DNA from: Dendrosporobacter quercicolus
Lineage (GTDB): Bacteria > Bacillota > Negativicutes > DSM-1736 > Dendrosporobacteraceae
Reading direction: 5' to 3'
NCBI RefSeq assembly: GCF_900104455.1
Contig: NZ_FNHB01000001.1
Location: 1,257,793 to 1,321,792, forward strand
DNA: 64,000 bases
The position numbers and the translations under genes are program-made. This document shows positions 20,002 through 29,400 of this stretch, in pieces. The notes under the pieces are model-generated. The model searched no databases and was not told the DNA's origin. It was given only the letters and a program-made list of their open reading frames with translations. Position 1 is the first letter of the stretch. The number at the start of each line of letters is the position of its first letter.

Positions 20002-20724
20002 TTAGTAATTAGTAACGTCTAAGACTAAATAATTGTACCTTGTTTGAAAGTAATTCCTCGTGGGGATATTCATGTCGCCCAAATAGTACGAGTAAAGCAA
20101 GTAAGAACCATTCACAGATAATTTAACATTCGTTGAACTAAAATCTATTGCCGGGCCTTGAAAGTGTACGTTTACGTGCTGTATCCCCGCCCCTGTCTCA
20201 TCACCATCACTAACTACATGTGTCGCTGTGGGAGCCTTCCCAACAACAACTGCCACATTATCAGGAGATGTTGTTGCGTATTCCCCAAAAACCCATTCCT
20301 CGTTAGAACCCGGCCAACTCCAACTATGTCCATCCTTTATTGCTCCACTTCCCGATGATAATACCTTCATGAACTTCGCGGCATCAGAGAAACAAATTTC
20401 TTCGTTTTCGTTCCTCACCTCAAAATATCGTCCCGAAGGAATGTTTGCAAAATCAAAAATATAGTAAGTAACTAATAAATCCCCTAAACCATCAGCGGGA
20501 TGATAAAACCAACTCCCTTCCTTGTAAGGAAGGGTATACACCCTTCTGCCAGCAGGGATTTTAAAAGCAATAATTTTTCCCTCTCCTGTGTCTACTGAAA
20601 TAGAGTAATTGTTGGTTTGCTGCTTTAGGGTAATAGTGCCTTTACTGACAAGCTGCAAATTCTTGTATTCGGCTGTAATTTGCAAAATCCCAGAATTATT
20701 ATAAATCTCTATTCCTGCTGCCAT
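20002..20724 (-). CDS. fibre-cassette B adaptor / assembly protein (240 aa)
   Basis: N-terminal MAAGIEIYNNSGILQIT and C-terminal LVLDVTNY conserved with ORF 25502..26167; divergent middle. Confidence 0.5.
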   Translation of the reverse strand: MAAGIEIYNNSGILQITAEYKNLQLVSKGTITLKQQTNNYSISVDTGEGKIIAFKIPAGRRVYTLPYKEGSWFYHPADGLGDLLVTYYIFDFANIPSGRYFEVRNENEEICFSDAAKFMKVLSSGSGAIKDGHSWSWPGSNEEWVFGEYATTSPDNVAVVVGKAPTATHVVSDGDETGAGIQHVNVHFQGPAIDFSSTNVKLSVNGSYLLYSYYLGDMNIPTRNYFQTRYNYLVLDVTNY

Positions 20725-20726
20725 AA

Positions 20727-21035
20727 TTAATACACCCCATAAATAACATATTCTGGACGCTTACCGTCTTGATTAAAGGGGCTGCCTTCGATAAATGTCC
20801 AGCTAATTGTTGTCCCGCTAACAGTATACTGACATGCATATGAGTTATAAGGATAACTGCTGGTTGCATGTATCCAGGGAGTCCCAAACGCAAGCGCAGC
20901 ATCGGTGTGGGAGCCGTCAGTAGTGCCGGTAGAGAATGTACCTAAAACCCTGGTTAATCTGTCGGTCACATCTAAAGTTAAATTACCGTTTGCGTCCCAA
21001 ATTTGCAGCCCGCAGGGCATCTTACCACCTCCCAA
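20727..21035 (-). CDS. small tail protein (102 aa), paralogue of 26168..26482
   Basis: MGGGKMPCGLQIWDANGNLTLDVTDRLTRVLG vs MGGGNMQGLQCWDANGNLTLDLTDRLTRVLG. Confidence 0.55.
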   Translation of the reverse strand: MGGGKMPCGLQIWDANGNLTLDVTDRLTRVLGTFSTGTTDGSHTDAALAFGTPWIHATSSYPYNSYACQYTVSGTTISWTFIEGSPFNQDGKRPEYVIYGVY

Positions 21036-22327
21036 ATCTTATTCTTAATTGCCCGTTTTCGTCGTGGACTGTGGTTAACGCTCCGCTGATCGTTGTTTTG
21101 CCATTAGCTCCAGCAGAGACAAACGTACCCAAATTCGCAAACATGGCGGAAACAGTGTTAGATTCCAGATGCCCGGCTTTAACCGCTCCGGCCTGAATCA
21201 TCCCGGATGCAATAACATTTCCATCAATTTTGGTATTGGCGGCAATTCGTAAATACCCAGTGTTGATGTAAACTTCTGTCGGCGTAATAACCAGCAGCGA
21301 TTGCAAACTGCCGTCAGCGGCCCGGAAATACAGACCTTGGAGCATTTGCAAGATAGCAGTCACTTGAGTTTGAGCCAGCGGCTTGCCAATTTCTGTTACT
21401 AAACTGTTGATCCGGTCTGCCTGTTGCGTAAACTGGCTTTGCACGCCCTGTTTATCAGTTGCATAAATGCCACTGAGAAAGCGGTTCAGGCTGCTGTCGT
21501 CCGTATGTTAGTCGCTTTTTCCCAGTCGGCAGCAGCGTACGCCTGGCCTGTTGTTTTTTTGGTTTTGCAGCACATAAGTTCACCGCCAGTGCCTTGCGTC
21601 CACAAATCCCCGACATCATATGGCGGAACAGGCGCTGCTATAAATACCCTGCGCTTACTGTCGGCGGTGTCCTGTGCTTTCTGTGCAGCATCCAGCGCAG
21701 CAGTAACATCGGTATCTGATATTAAATCCCAGGAATAAACTGTGCCAGTTTTCATAAAGCGGTAGGCTTTTTTATTGTTTGTGTCGTAGTACAAATCGCC
21801 TAAATGGACATCACGAACGGCATTGGTCGTCCATGTGTTGGCCGGGGCATTGCTGAGCGTCGGCACCCCGGCGGAAAACCAGGTAGTAATGCTGCCGTCA
21901 ATTTGGGATTGCAGTTGCGCGTTTATGCTACCCTGGGCCTGTTTGTTAGCGGCGACAGTGCGGTTTTGTTTTCATTTACGGCAAAAGCGATTTGGTTACT
22001 TTTACATTTAGGGCAGCAACGCTTCCAAACTGATTCGGAGCGTCAGGAGCGGAGTTTAGTTTACCGGCCATAATGCCTACAGATTCCGCCGTCTGGCTGA
22101 TCAGCGTCCGGTTTTCAGTATCAACCTGAGCCAGCTCGTTTTTGGTTTCCGTAAACACAGTTTTGGATACCGTTGTCTCTCCCAGCGCAGCTACAGCGCC
22201 GTCGATAACTTCCATAGCGTCGCTGACGGCATCCATTGCGTTATTAAACGTTTCTTGTGCAATGCTTTTCTGAGCCTTTTCAATAGCTTATTGCGCGGCG
22301 TCTTCCAACTCACCAATTGCAATCTGG
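21036..22327 (-). pseudogene. decayed duplicate of the 3' about 1.3 kb of the J-like gene (frameshifted and stop-interrupted fragments)
   Basis: ORFs 21022..21444, 21486..21866 and 21976..22236 each match, in order, segments of the C-terminal 500 aa of the 1658-aa protein (for example TQVTAILQMLQGLYFRAADGSLQSLLVITPTEVYINTGYLRIAANTKIDGNVIASGMIQAGAVKAGHLESNTVSAMFAN) but sit in different frames. Confidence 0.8.
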
Positions 22328-22356
22328 ATTGCCCCACCCCCATAAAAATAACCGCC

Positions 22357-22599
22357 TTAGCGGTTTGCTGCGTCCTTGACCTGATCAGGCGTAATCCCCG
22401 GTGTTCGCGCTGGGGTAATTTGATCTACTCGTACCGATGGTTGCCCTTGCTGTTGGTTTGTCAGTTGCTGTTCCGCTATCCATATTTCTTGCACTTTTTG
22501 CTGCCTAAGTTGCTCTAATTGATTAATTTGCTCATTTAAGCGCTCCTGCTCTCTCCTAATGTCAAATGCCTCTGATTTTAATTGCATAATTTTATCCAT
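22357..22599 (-). CDS. small Gln-rich coiled-coil protein (fibre-cassette A accessory)
   Basis: 80 aa; paralogue of 16322..16567. Confidence 0.55.
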   Translation of the reverse strand: MDKIMQLKSEAFDIRREQERLNEQINQLEQLRQQKVQEIWIAEQQLTNQQQGQPSVRVDQITPARTPGITPDQVKDAANR

Positions 22600-22631
22600 A
22601 ATAAAATCCTCCCTTAAATTAAAATAACCGC

Positions 22632-25484
22632 TTATGCGGTTTGATTTTCTAAAGCTTCTATTCTAGCCGTGAGCTGATTCAGCATCACCTCCTGCGCTTC
22701 GATTTTTGCTGCCTGCGCCTCAACTTCGGAATCTAGTTCCTGTATGGCTAGTGCTAGGAATGGAGTTATTTCTTCGTAGCGCAGACCGTATCGGTCTGCC
22801 TCTTTGTCGTACGTCCATACCCCTATATCCCCGTAACCAAGCGCCTCAAGCGCCGCCCTTACCTCTTGTGCGATAAATCCAGCGTGGGGGCGGACACCGG
22901 GTAGCGATGTAATTACTTCTTTGTATTTCGGACGTTCTTCGGTTTTTGCGGGGATAATGATTTCTTCGGTTACTTCTGCGGATACCAAGCGTTCTTCGGT
23001 TATGGCTTCCTTTATTAATACTTCTTCTGTGACAGCTTCAGCAATTACATTCCCCTCTTCATTTGTTTCCTCCGGCTGAGTAACTACAGTTTCATATTCT
23101 GCCGGTTCGATTTCTACCGTTTCATAAACAGCGGGGGTTATTATCCGGGTTTCTGTTCGCTCCGGTTCGATCTCTACAATTTCTGTGCCATCTTCGACGG
23201 CTTCCACTTTCTTCAATCGCTCACGGTATTTAAATTTAACGGCACGAAGTGATTTTATGACTTTGCGGCCAAGCTTTAGTTCTTCAATGTCGGTTTTAGC
23301 GCGTTCATCGGAGGTATTGATCGTGGCACTGGCTGCAAATATTTGGGCTAAGCGGTGATCAGCAATGCCTATTGTAAAGGCGTTATCTACTGCGGGTATA
23401 AAACTGGCTCTATCTGTAGCTACTTTTGTCCATCCTCCCCAAACATCTGCGCCAACATCACGTTTCCCCCTAATGCACATTGATGAATACCCTTCATCTG
23501 CACCCGGCCAGGATACCCCAATTTGTATGGCTTCGACACCGTTTCTTGCATCTTTGATCGTCAGGCAAGTCCCAAAAGTAAGAGGGAAACCATTGTTATA
23601 AATTTGGGTATAGTACATCCCTGCAGCCCAAGTACTCGGCAGGTCAGTTGCCGGTTTAGCACTATTAATTTTGTGGTGGACATAACCAGCCCTCGCTGAA
23701 TTAGCAATCACAAACGCTGTGTTTGCAATCTGGGTATTGTTAGTTCCGGCGGCAGCCGTTGGTGCAGTAGGTATTCCGGTAAATGCAGGGCTAACTACTT
23801 TAGCTACTTCTACCCAAGGCTGCCATGTAGTTCCACGATCTGTCGAGTATCTAGTATACATACTTTTGTTTTGAAAACTGTCATGGGCAAATTGCACAAG
23901 AATATCGTCCCCGTTAGATATACTGATTAAATGTATCCAGCCCTTTCCGCTAGGTGAATTAGTCATATTATAGCCAGCAAAAAACCCGCAACCCCTAATA
24001 CTATTCAAATCTGTTCCAATTATTAGTTTTGCAGCAGTTCCAAGTCCATAGCCAGCAGGCGCTGCATTAGCAGTAACGTGATCGACGGTTGCAATTTTTT
24101 CACCGTTAATAAAGCTGCCGATTTCTTTACAAACATAGTTTAAGCCGCTGGTATCATCGTCGGCCAGGTCAAATAACGGTGTTTTATAGATAGATGCAAA
24201 AGTGTTTCTGGGATTTACGATAAGATTACTATCGTAAATAGGTTTAAAATAAATTTTCTTTGTCGTTCCTGTATCGACTATTTTTATTTCTAATTGCCCC
24301 GTTGTTTGCCACGAAAACACGTCATATTTAAGTAATAACCCTGTTGGCCTTGCATTAGTTGTCAACAGTTGACCACGAATATTAATAGGGTTATTGCCAG
24401 AATCGTGATAGTAGATAAAATCGCAAACAGTTCTTCCTCCACCTACAAATACACAGTTCCACTTCCCCGCTGTAAGCGGAACAGAAATGTTTGCTCTCGC
24501 ATTTGTGTAAATCGTCGGAGAACTACCAAAAGCTATCCCTTTTTCATCGGTAATTATACCCATTCCCCAGCCAGAACCAAACGCAGCAGATGCTTCTTGA
24601 CCTGCAAAGACATCACTTATAATAACTTTTGCTGTATTCCAGATTGTAGATATAGTCCCTAACAAGATGCAACATTTAGTTCCATCGTGTCCAAAACGTA
24701 TATCTGTAAATGGACATCCCTGAGATAAAGTAGCTGTAGCAAAGGCCCAATTACCCGCTACTTCTATTCTGCCGCCAAGTTCGACACTCCACATCGATCT
24801 CCCAACACCACGGTCTAAACCATCTATAACAATTTTAAGCATTGTGCCAGTCCAAGATGTCGGAAGGACTATCTTTAATGTACCTGTAATAGATACTCCC
24901 CCGTAATAATAAGCGCAAACATCACGGTAATGATATGTCGCAATCCCTGATGGAACAAGGTTACTTTTTGATAGTTTAGTATCCAAGTCTGCATACTTAG
25001 CTACTCTTTCCCACTCTGACCATGTTCCGGCCTGGCATCTGCGCTCAAACGTGAGAAAGGCAGAGCCGCCGAATCCAACAGCCTTTTGATATACATAAGA
25101 ATCGGTGTATCTAATGACAGTAACCCAATACCAGGTAGCCGCTCCACTTGTGGGAGCATTGGGTAAATTATTGCCTAGAAAAAACCCCGTTGTTTTATAG
25201 TTATTCCAGTCATTGTATGCAGTAACTGCCGCTGTACCCAGGCCATAACCCGCAGGGGCCGCATCTGTTATACCAAATCCTTCCAGGGTTGTCGGCTTAG
25301 AGAGGATGTTAGACCAGGGTGTTTTTACTATGCCGTCCTCAATTATGGAGCGGAAGTTCTCGGTAAAAAAATCATACAGCCCTAAATTGCTGTTGGTCAT
25401 CAGAAACGGTGTTGTCTTACCGTATGCTCCTGTTCGGATTATGCTGCCGCTGCCGTCGTACTGTGTGCCAAAATTGAAAGCCAT
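22632..25484 (-). CDS. tail fibre protein A (950 aa) with C-terminal S74-type intramolecular chaperone domain
   Basis: Conserved N-terminus and C-terminal ...ASATINTSDERAKTDIEEL... module shared with fibre B; divergent central receptor-binding region. Confidence 0.75.
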   Translation of the reverse strand: MAFNFGTQYDGSGSIIRTGAYGKTTPFLMTNSNLGLYDFFTENFRSIIEDGIVKTPWSNILSKPTTLEGFGITDAAPAGYGLGTAAVTAYNDWNNYKTTGFFLGNNLPNAPTSGAATWYWVTVIRYTDSYVYQKAVGFGGSAFLTFERRCQAGTWSEWERVAKYADLDTKLSKSNLVPSGIATYHYRDVCAYYYGGVSITGTLKIVLPTSWTGTMLKIVIDGLDRGVGRSMWSVELGGRIEVAGNWAFATATLSQGCPFTDIRFGHDGTKCCILLGTISTIWNTAKVIISDVFAGQEASAAFGSGWGMGIITDEKGIAFGSSPTIYTNARANISVPLTAGKWNCVFVGGGRTVCDFIYYHDSGNNPINIRGQLLTTNARPTGLLLKYDVFSWQTTGQLEIKIVDTGTTKKIYFKPIYDSNLIVNPRNTFASIYKTPLFDLADDDTSGLNYVCKEIGSFINGEKIATVDHVTANAAPAGYGLGTAAKLIIGTDLNSIRGCGFFAGYNMTNSPSGKGWIHLISISNGDDILVQFAHDSFQNKSMYTRYSTDRGTTWQPWVEVAKVVSPAFTGIPTAPTAAAGTNNTQIANTAFVIANSARAGYVHHKINSAKPATDLPSTWAAGMYYTQIYNNGFPLTFGTCLTIKDARNGVEAIQIGVSWPGADEGYSSMCIRGKRDVGADVWGGWTKVATDRASFIPAVDNAFTIGIADHRLAQIFAASATINTSDERAKTDIEELKLGRKVIKSLRAVKFKYRERLKKVEAVEDGTEIVEIEPERTETRIITPAVYETVEIEPAEYETVVTQPEETNEEGNVIAEAVTEEVLIKEAITEERLVSAEVTEEIIIPAKTEERPKYKEVITSLPGVRPHAGFIAQEVRAALEALGYGDIGVWTYDKEADRYGLRYEEITPFLALAIQELDSEVEAQAAKIEAQEVMLNQLTARIEALENQTA

Positions 25485-25501
25485 GCGTTAGCCTCCTTTC
25501 A

Positions 25502-26167
25502 TTAGTAGTTGGTAACGTCTAAGACCAGGAAACTGGAAGTTTTTCGCTCGTTAAAGTAACCGGAGTTTGTTGTTCCGCTGGTTAAACTGGAAGATAGGTT
25601 TTCCACCTTTGTCTCTATTCTGTCCTCATAAAAATTAAAGACTTGTGCGTCTGATGCTTGCCAAGTATACCAACTCCCTCCCATAATGTCTGTATTGTAC
25701 ATTTCACTATATGTATATACGGAGCCAGCTAATATAGCTGTTTTTATACTTGTATCGTGACTTAATGTTATACCACTCCCGAGATTGTTTGTATGTCTCG
25801 AATCAATAACCCGCATGTATTTGTTGTTTGAATCAAACACAATTTCGCCGTTACTGTTGAATACTTGAAAACCTCCCCCCGAAGATACGGTAGTAGAGTA
25901 ACCAAAACGAAACACCTCAACTACAGCACTTGTGGCAGGTTTGGCGAAAAAACGGATTATACTGCTACCCACATAAATTATAGCGATAGAACTGGTACCC
26001 GTTATTTCTCTAAAAGCGTAAAAACTACTCAAGTCGTTAGGTATCTCTTGTATGTCCAGTGAATTAAAGGAGGATAAAGTTATTTTCTCTATAAATTGTA
26101 AATTCCTAAACTTATCTGTGATTTGCAAAATGTTATTATTGTTATAAACCTCTATCCCTGCTGCCAT
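25502..26167 (-). CDS. fibre-cassette A adaptor / assembly protein (221 aa)
   Basis: Paralogue of 20002..20724 (conserved termini). Confidence 0.5.
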   Translation of the reverse strand: MAAGIEVYNNNNILQITDKFRNLQFIEKITLSSFNSLDIQEIPNDLSSFYAFREITGTSSIAIIYVGSSIIRFFAKPATSAVVEVFRFGYSTTVSSGGGFQVFNSNGEIVFDSNNKYMRVIDSRHTNNLGSGITLSHDTSIKTAILAGSVYTYSEMYNTDIMGGSWYTWQASDAQVFNFYEDRIETKVENLSSSLTSGTTNSGYFNERKTSSFLVLDVTNY

Positions 26168-26482
26168 TCAATACACCCCGTAGATAAATTTTCTACTAAT
26201 AGCTGTCCCTGGAAAAGAACTGCTATAATTCGTAAAGGTCCAAGAAATAGTAGAACCATTTATAAGTATGTCAAATATTTTTTCCTGTTCTGCAATATTT
26301 CTACCCATACTTAAATTCAATATCCAGGGTGTTCCATTAGCTATGTTCGCGTCCGTTATACTTCCGTTCACTGTTCCGGTTTTAAACTCGCCCAAAACCC
26401 TGGTTAACCGGTCTGTTAAATCTAAGGTTAAGTTCCCATTAGCATCCCAGCATTGTAACCCTTGCATATTACCACCGCCCAA
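26168..26482 (-). CDS. small tail protein (104 aa)
   Basis: Paralogue of 20727..21035; overlaps the J-like gene stop. Confidence 0.55.
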   Translation of the reverse strand: MGGGNMQGLQCWDANGNLTLDLTDRLTRVLGEFKTGTVNGSITDANIANGTPWILNLSMGRNIAEQEKIFDILINGSTISWTFTNYSSSFPGTAISRKFIYGVY

Positions 26483-29400
26483 AACGAGCCGCTAATTTAC
26501 CGTTTGGATGATGCACAGTAATCAGCGGCCCACTAATAGTTGTTTTGCTCCCATCTGCGCCTGCAGACACAAACGTGCCAAAATTCGCAAACATGGCGGA
26601 AACAGTGTTAGATTCCAGATGCCCGGCTTTAACCGCTCCGGCCTGAATCATCCCGGATGCAATAACATTTCCATCAATTTTGGTATTGGCGGCAATCCGT
26701 AAATACCCAGTATTGATGTAAACTTCTGTCGGCGTAATAACCAGCAGCGATTGCAAACTGCCGTCAGCGGCCCGGAAATACAGACCTTGAAGCATCTGCA
26801 GGATAGCTGTTACTTGGGTGTTTGCCAAGGTACTTGTCACGATGGAGCTAATCTGGTTGTTTTGCTGGTTAATCTGGCTTTGAATTTCCGACAAATCTAC
26901 ATCAGCCGTTATTCCTTGCCACGAGTAAGTAGCGCCTGCTTTAGAGAACACATATGCGGCTTTTCCGCTAGTATCATAGTAAATATCCCCTAGATGCTTT
27001 TCTTTTAAGGCAGCCGTGTTCCAGTTTACCGCAGGCTGATTGCTTAAAGTAGGAACCCCCGAATAAACCCAGTTTGCTGCTTTGCCGTCTACTTGCGTTT
27101 GTAAACCAGATACGGTATTTGTTATACCTTCTGTAGTTACTTCAATGGCTGCAACACGGGTAACTACAGGGGCAATTTGATTGTTAGTTATATCTTGCTT
27201 TGCTTCGGTGACAGCCGCCGTTATTTTCCCCGGCACTGCATTTATTTGCCCGGTGAGCGTCTCTATTTTGCCGTCGGCATCCTGCTTGTTGCTGGCGACG
27301 GTCTGGCTAATCTGATTAGCTTTAATATCCACGGCGGCAATAGCGTTATCAGTTGCAGTTTTATTCTCGTTTACGACAAGAGCAATTTGATTATTTTTTA
27401 CATTTAAAGCCGCAATGCTCTCGAACTGGCCCGGAGCGTCAGGAGCGGAGGCAAGCTTACCATTCATAACGCTGACGAATTCCGTGGTCTGGCTGATCAG
27501 TGTCCGGTTTTCAGTATCAACCAAGGCTAGTTCGTTTTTGGTTTCCGTAAACTCAGTCTTGGATACGGTTGTTTCTCCCAGTTCGGTTACAGCGTCGTTG
27601 ATAACTTCCATAGCGCCATCAACAGCTTCCATTGCATTGTTAAACGTTTCTTGAGCAACGCTTTTCTGAGCCTTTTCAATAGCCTCCTGTGCCGCATCTT
27701 CCAGTTCGCCAATGGCAATCTGGCTTTGTACTTCAACCAACTCAACCGGGCTTAAAGCGCCTTCGCCGAAGATATCCACAAATGCAACCTGTATTTGGAA
27801 AATGCCGCTGCGGGCTTCGTAAGTATAGGTATTGTTATTGCTAAAATACACCTGCCCGTCAACATGGACGTTGATACCGATGCAGTGCGTTGGCAGCGCC
27901 TCCGTAGTAAGCCTAAAGCCCTGGAATATGCCGGTTATCGTTACATTCTGTGGCATAGGCGGTGGCGCTTTATAGTAGCTATAGCTGGCCGGTACGGAGT
28001 ATTTGCCGACGGTCCCTGCTGTGTTATGGGCATATAAATAGAGCGTCCCCTGACGCTCAGCAAGTGTCGGTAATGCTTTTGTGGATGCTGTTCGCGCCAG
28101 CAGCCCCGCGTTTACGCCCGGGTTTTGGTCTGCTCTCAGTTCGTAAAAATCACAGTCAGTATCAGGTATCCTTGTCCATGTGCATGTGGCCACATCGGTA
28201 ATCTGCACAACAAAATTGTCCGGCGTGGACGGGATAGTTGTTTTGCCAGTGATTGTGTGAGTCTTGACCGGCGCAGTGTCAAAGTCGGCTTTCTTGCCCA
28301 GCGTATTAACGGCCACTACTTTAATGGAATAAGTTTCGCCCAGGATCAGATTTTTAATGGTAATATTATCTTTGGCAGCACCGTCAACTAATTTCCAGTT
28401 GTCCAGCATCGCGCCGATATCTTCGACCGGCACATCATAAAACGCCGGGTCTGTTAGGTCATACTCATTCACCCCCGGGTTGTGGGATTTAATGTACCAT
28501 TCGGCGTGGCTGTAATACAGGCTGTCCGGCGGCGTGCAGGCAACATAGAGTTCGTTCAAAACAACATTGTTGCCCTGATTTTGATTGTTCTCTGTAATAA
28601 AAATATTAGTAACATGCTCCGGCGCTGGCAAATCCTCATCCGTAATATAGATAGGGTCGGATACCACCCCCGCCGAAGTTAAGCCTAATTCGTTTACAGT
28701 GCAGACCTTTACCAAATATCGCTCTTGCAATTTAACCCCATTGATCTGTGCTTCGGTGGCCAGCATATCGCTCCACTTTGTCCAGGTTGCGCCGTCGTCA
28801 GCACTGTAATACACAATTACCGATTTAACGGACATCGAGGGCAGCTGCCAGGAACAATAAATTACCGGCACGACTGTACCATAGCCCTGCCAGCCCACCC
28901 GGAACGATACGCTTAAATTACTGACTTCGAGCGTTCCCGCTGCCGGCGGCGTATAGTCCACAACTGGATAGTTTAAATCACCGTCATAAACCCCTTCCAC
29001 ATATTCGGCAAGTTTCAACTGACATTTAAAATCGCCGTTCTTGGTAACACCCACCAAGCGGAACGGCTTTACTGACTTGTTCACCTCGCCGAACACATAA
29101 TTGTCATACTTTTCCGGGATAATCCCGAAGGACTCAGTAACAGTCAGCGTATCTGTTTCGGTGTCCTTGGCAACGGCTACAATATATCTTTTTACAAGCT
29201 TATCTGTCGCCAGGCTAATTATGATCTCGTAGCTTTTGCCGGGCGACAGGAGTACAGTTTTGTCAAGCGTGATGCTATCTTCCGTTGCCGCAACCAGCCG
29301 GCCGGAGGCAATGCCAATTTGGGATACAGCATGATTAAGTCCCACAATATCACCATATTGGCTAACCATAGCGTCAATGTCGGTGGAAATATCGACGAAC

